A DNA stretch of 63,999 bases, counting the filler, from Asterionella formosa (lineage: Eukaryota): NCBI GenBank assembly GCA_002256025.1. It is 10 parts of 10 records of this genome, joined end to end, with 100 filler letters (N's around TTAATTAATTAA, not from the genome) between each part and the next. Parts side by side here need not be neighbours in the genome. Positions count along the whole stretch, not along the records: positions 57,900 to 63,999 come from NKIB01012819.1; 9 more parts are not named here. One strand, 5' to 3'. The notes under the pieces were generated by a model. It saw only the letters and a program-made list of their open reading frames with translations, was not told the DNA's origin and did not search any database. Positions within the stretch are counted from its first letter, which is position 1. Every line of letters begins with the position of its first letter. The translations under genes and the position numbers were made by a program. This document shows, piece by piece, positions 62,079 through 63,999 of the stretch.

Positions 62079-63999
62079 CACCCAACATGCAACACAGCCA
62101 GCCTCAAGGGAAAAAACGAACAAATATGTCCCCTGCTTCTTGTCCATCCATACGTTTCCAAAGGCTTGCCCAGTTTCCAGGCATCAGTTACTTAGCACAT
62201 GTGATTCAACTCTAGGTCATCAGCACTTAACATAGCATAAGTAGTATCTAAATGAGCAAGGAGGACAATAATAGTGACATAGGCATATCCAAATGTAAGA
62301 ATAGCTCAAACACATTGGTCCATATCTTCTATGTAATAGTGAACTGGTACCCTGGTGCCCCCTGGCACTTGTACACAGCTCTGGCACATACCGGGAACGT
62401 AGGCGTAAATAATTAAACTACCAGTTAACCCGTAGTGGAAGCAGTTTACTAGCACTCCAGTACATTGCACAAAGCTAGTGACAATACCGGTACTGGTACC
62501 AGGTACCAGGGTACGTGTATGCGGGGAATAGACCATTGTATATATTTAGAGTAGACTACTGAATATGGAGTCACCATGAGCGAGTACATGCACTATTGCA
62601 CAATATTACAGTAAATAGAGGACCAAGGAGTCTATTACTGGTAGGTATGTCTATGTATAATTTACATATACACAAAATGAAGTGAAAAAAAATCAATGTA
62701 TAGCTAATGAAAAATAGTGAAAAAATGTAACTACAGTAGTATGAAATCAGGCATGCATCTGTGTAATAATAACAACCTAAATACACACTAGCTGTGTATG
62801 ACCACCAGTGTGATGATCAGCAGATATCAATTGATTGGCAATCTAATCTGTGAAACTGTCCTATCTGGATTATCAACCTCATACATTTTGTCCAATTTGC
62901 AATGTGGCAGCAGTGAAAAGAATGCAGCTCAAAGTAGGGCAGTCATAATATCCCACGCAACGCTTTGCCAAGCAACAATACTCCACCTTTCTTACTCTAT
63001 CCTGCATAATCCTTGTAACATTTTTAGCAACCTTTCAAACCTAATTCCAACTTTACATTCCAACCAAAGAATAAATAGTTTTTGGTGCAACAGAAAGACT
63101 ACAACACTGACAGAATTGCTTCCTCCTCCTCCCTCCTACCTCTTCGATGCACATCCTGCATCATTTCTGTTGGTTCATCAACTTGTTAATTGTTGAAAAA
63201 TTCTTCAAACACCACATTTGAGGAATTTCTTGACTCTCAATCATCATTCTGCATACTTGTCACTCCTGCTACCACCAATAATACTAGTAGTCAGAAGTCA
63301 AAACTCCTTCAAGATGAGAGTTGACTGGCTGATGTCATCAACCTTACTTTCAAAATTAGGCGATGTTGCATCTCGATCTGCTGGGAGTACAACCCAAGTA
63401 TAGAGTTCCAAAATCAAAACTGGCAGCTCAGACTTGTACAGTCTATATTCCAACAATGATCGTGTGTACAGTTATTGTTTAATTTTTGAATATCTAGATA
63501 CTGTTGTAACACGGTCCTTCCTAATTGTTCAGATCAATACCTCGCCAGTTTTAAAATGACCAAGTAGACACATACCAGAGGCCTACAGGAAGATACAACT
63601 TGGGTTTAATTTTACCATTTACGGCGGCAAGGTATTTGATACGGATATGTATGTACATACCGGTTCATTTATTCGATTGACGAACAAAGAAGTTCAATGA
63701 AAGAACAAGTCTTGTGGCTGGCAGGGCTATATGTCTGACGTCAAAGATTCGACTATTTTGAATGCGAACCCATGAAATCCGATCTGTTCCCGATTAGTAA
63801 CAAGTACGAGACGGACCCGAAGCCCCATCAAGCTGTATTCTTCGGGTTTTTATCGGCAGGAGCCATGCTCGGTAGGTTTCCCTCCTCCATTTTCGCTGTT
63901 CATAAAAAAGAAGTGAAAGCTGACAAAAACAATCAGAAAGATGTTCTCAAGCGTAGTAGTAAGGTTCTCGTCGACACGCAACGTCATTTCCCGTTCGAT

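Noticed and set aside
63772..63870. Possible first exon MKSDLFPISNKYETDPKPHQAVFFGFLSAGAML
   Set aside because: Too short and at the window edge, so it cannot be assigned.

Overview
This is eukaryotic nuclear DNA, almost certainly from a diatom: it has GT-AG introns of about 80-120 nt, a silicanin-family gene and diatom-type transposons. The window is not contiguous. It is 10 unrelated ~6.3 kb scaffolds sorted by decreasing length and joined by an artificial 100-nt linker (44 N + TTAATTAATTAA + 44 N), so gene neighbourhoods across linkers mean nothing. Supported host genes are a silicanin-1-like biosilica membrane protein, a DUF4050 protein, two halves of fucosyltransferase-like proteins, a divergent beta-tubulin, a bacterial-type bestrophin, a MORN protein fragment, a 1053-aa coiled-coil protein, a CPBP protease with EF-hand-like tail, cytochrome c peroxidase, cyanase and ARP6. 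Much of the rest is transposon-derived: Copia, non-LTR, Tc1/mariner/pogo, PIF/Harbinger, piggyBac-like and foldback elements. The most unusual signals are (1) gene-proximal clusters of TA-CCGG-TA / TA-CCWGG-TA palindromes that may be stacked transposon excision footprints, (2) a three-layer nested transposon whose inner element has a 2-bp target duplication derived from empty-site copies in the window, (3) complete CpG loss in a Copia copy, and (4) a cyanase whose presequence lies inside an apparent intron. I found no convincing multi-gene novel system. All family calls come from motif recognition by eye, not database searches.
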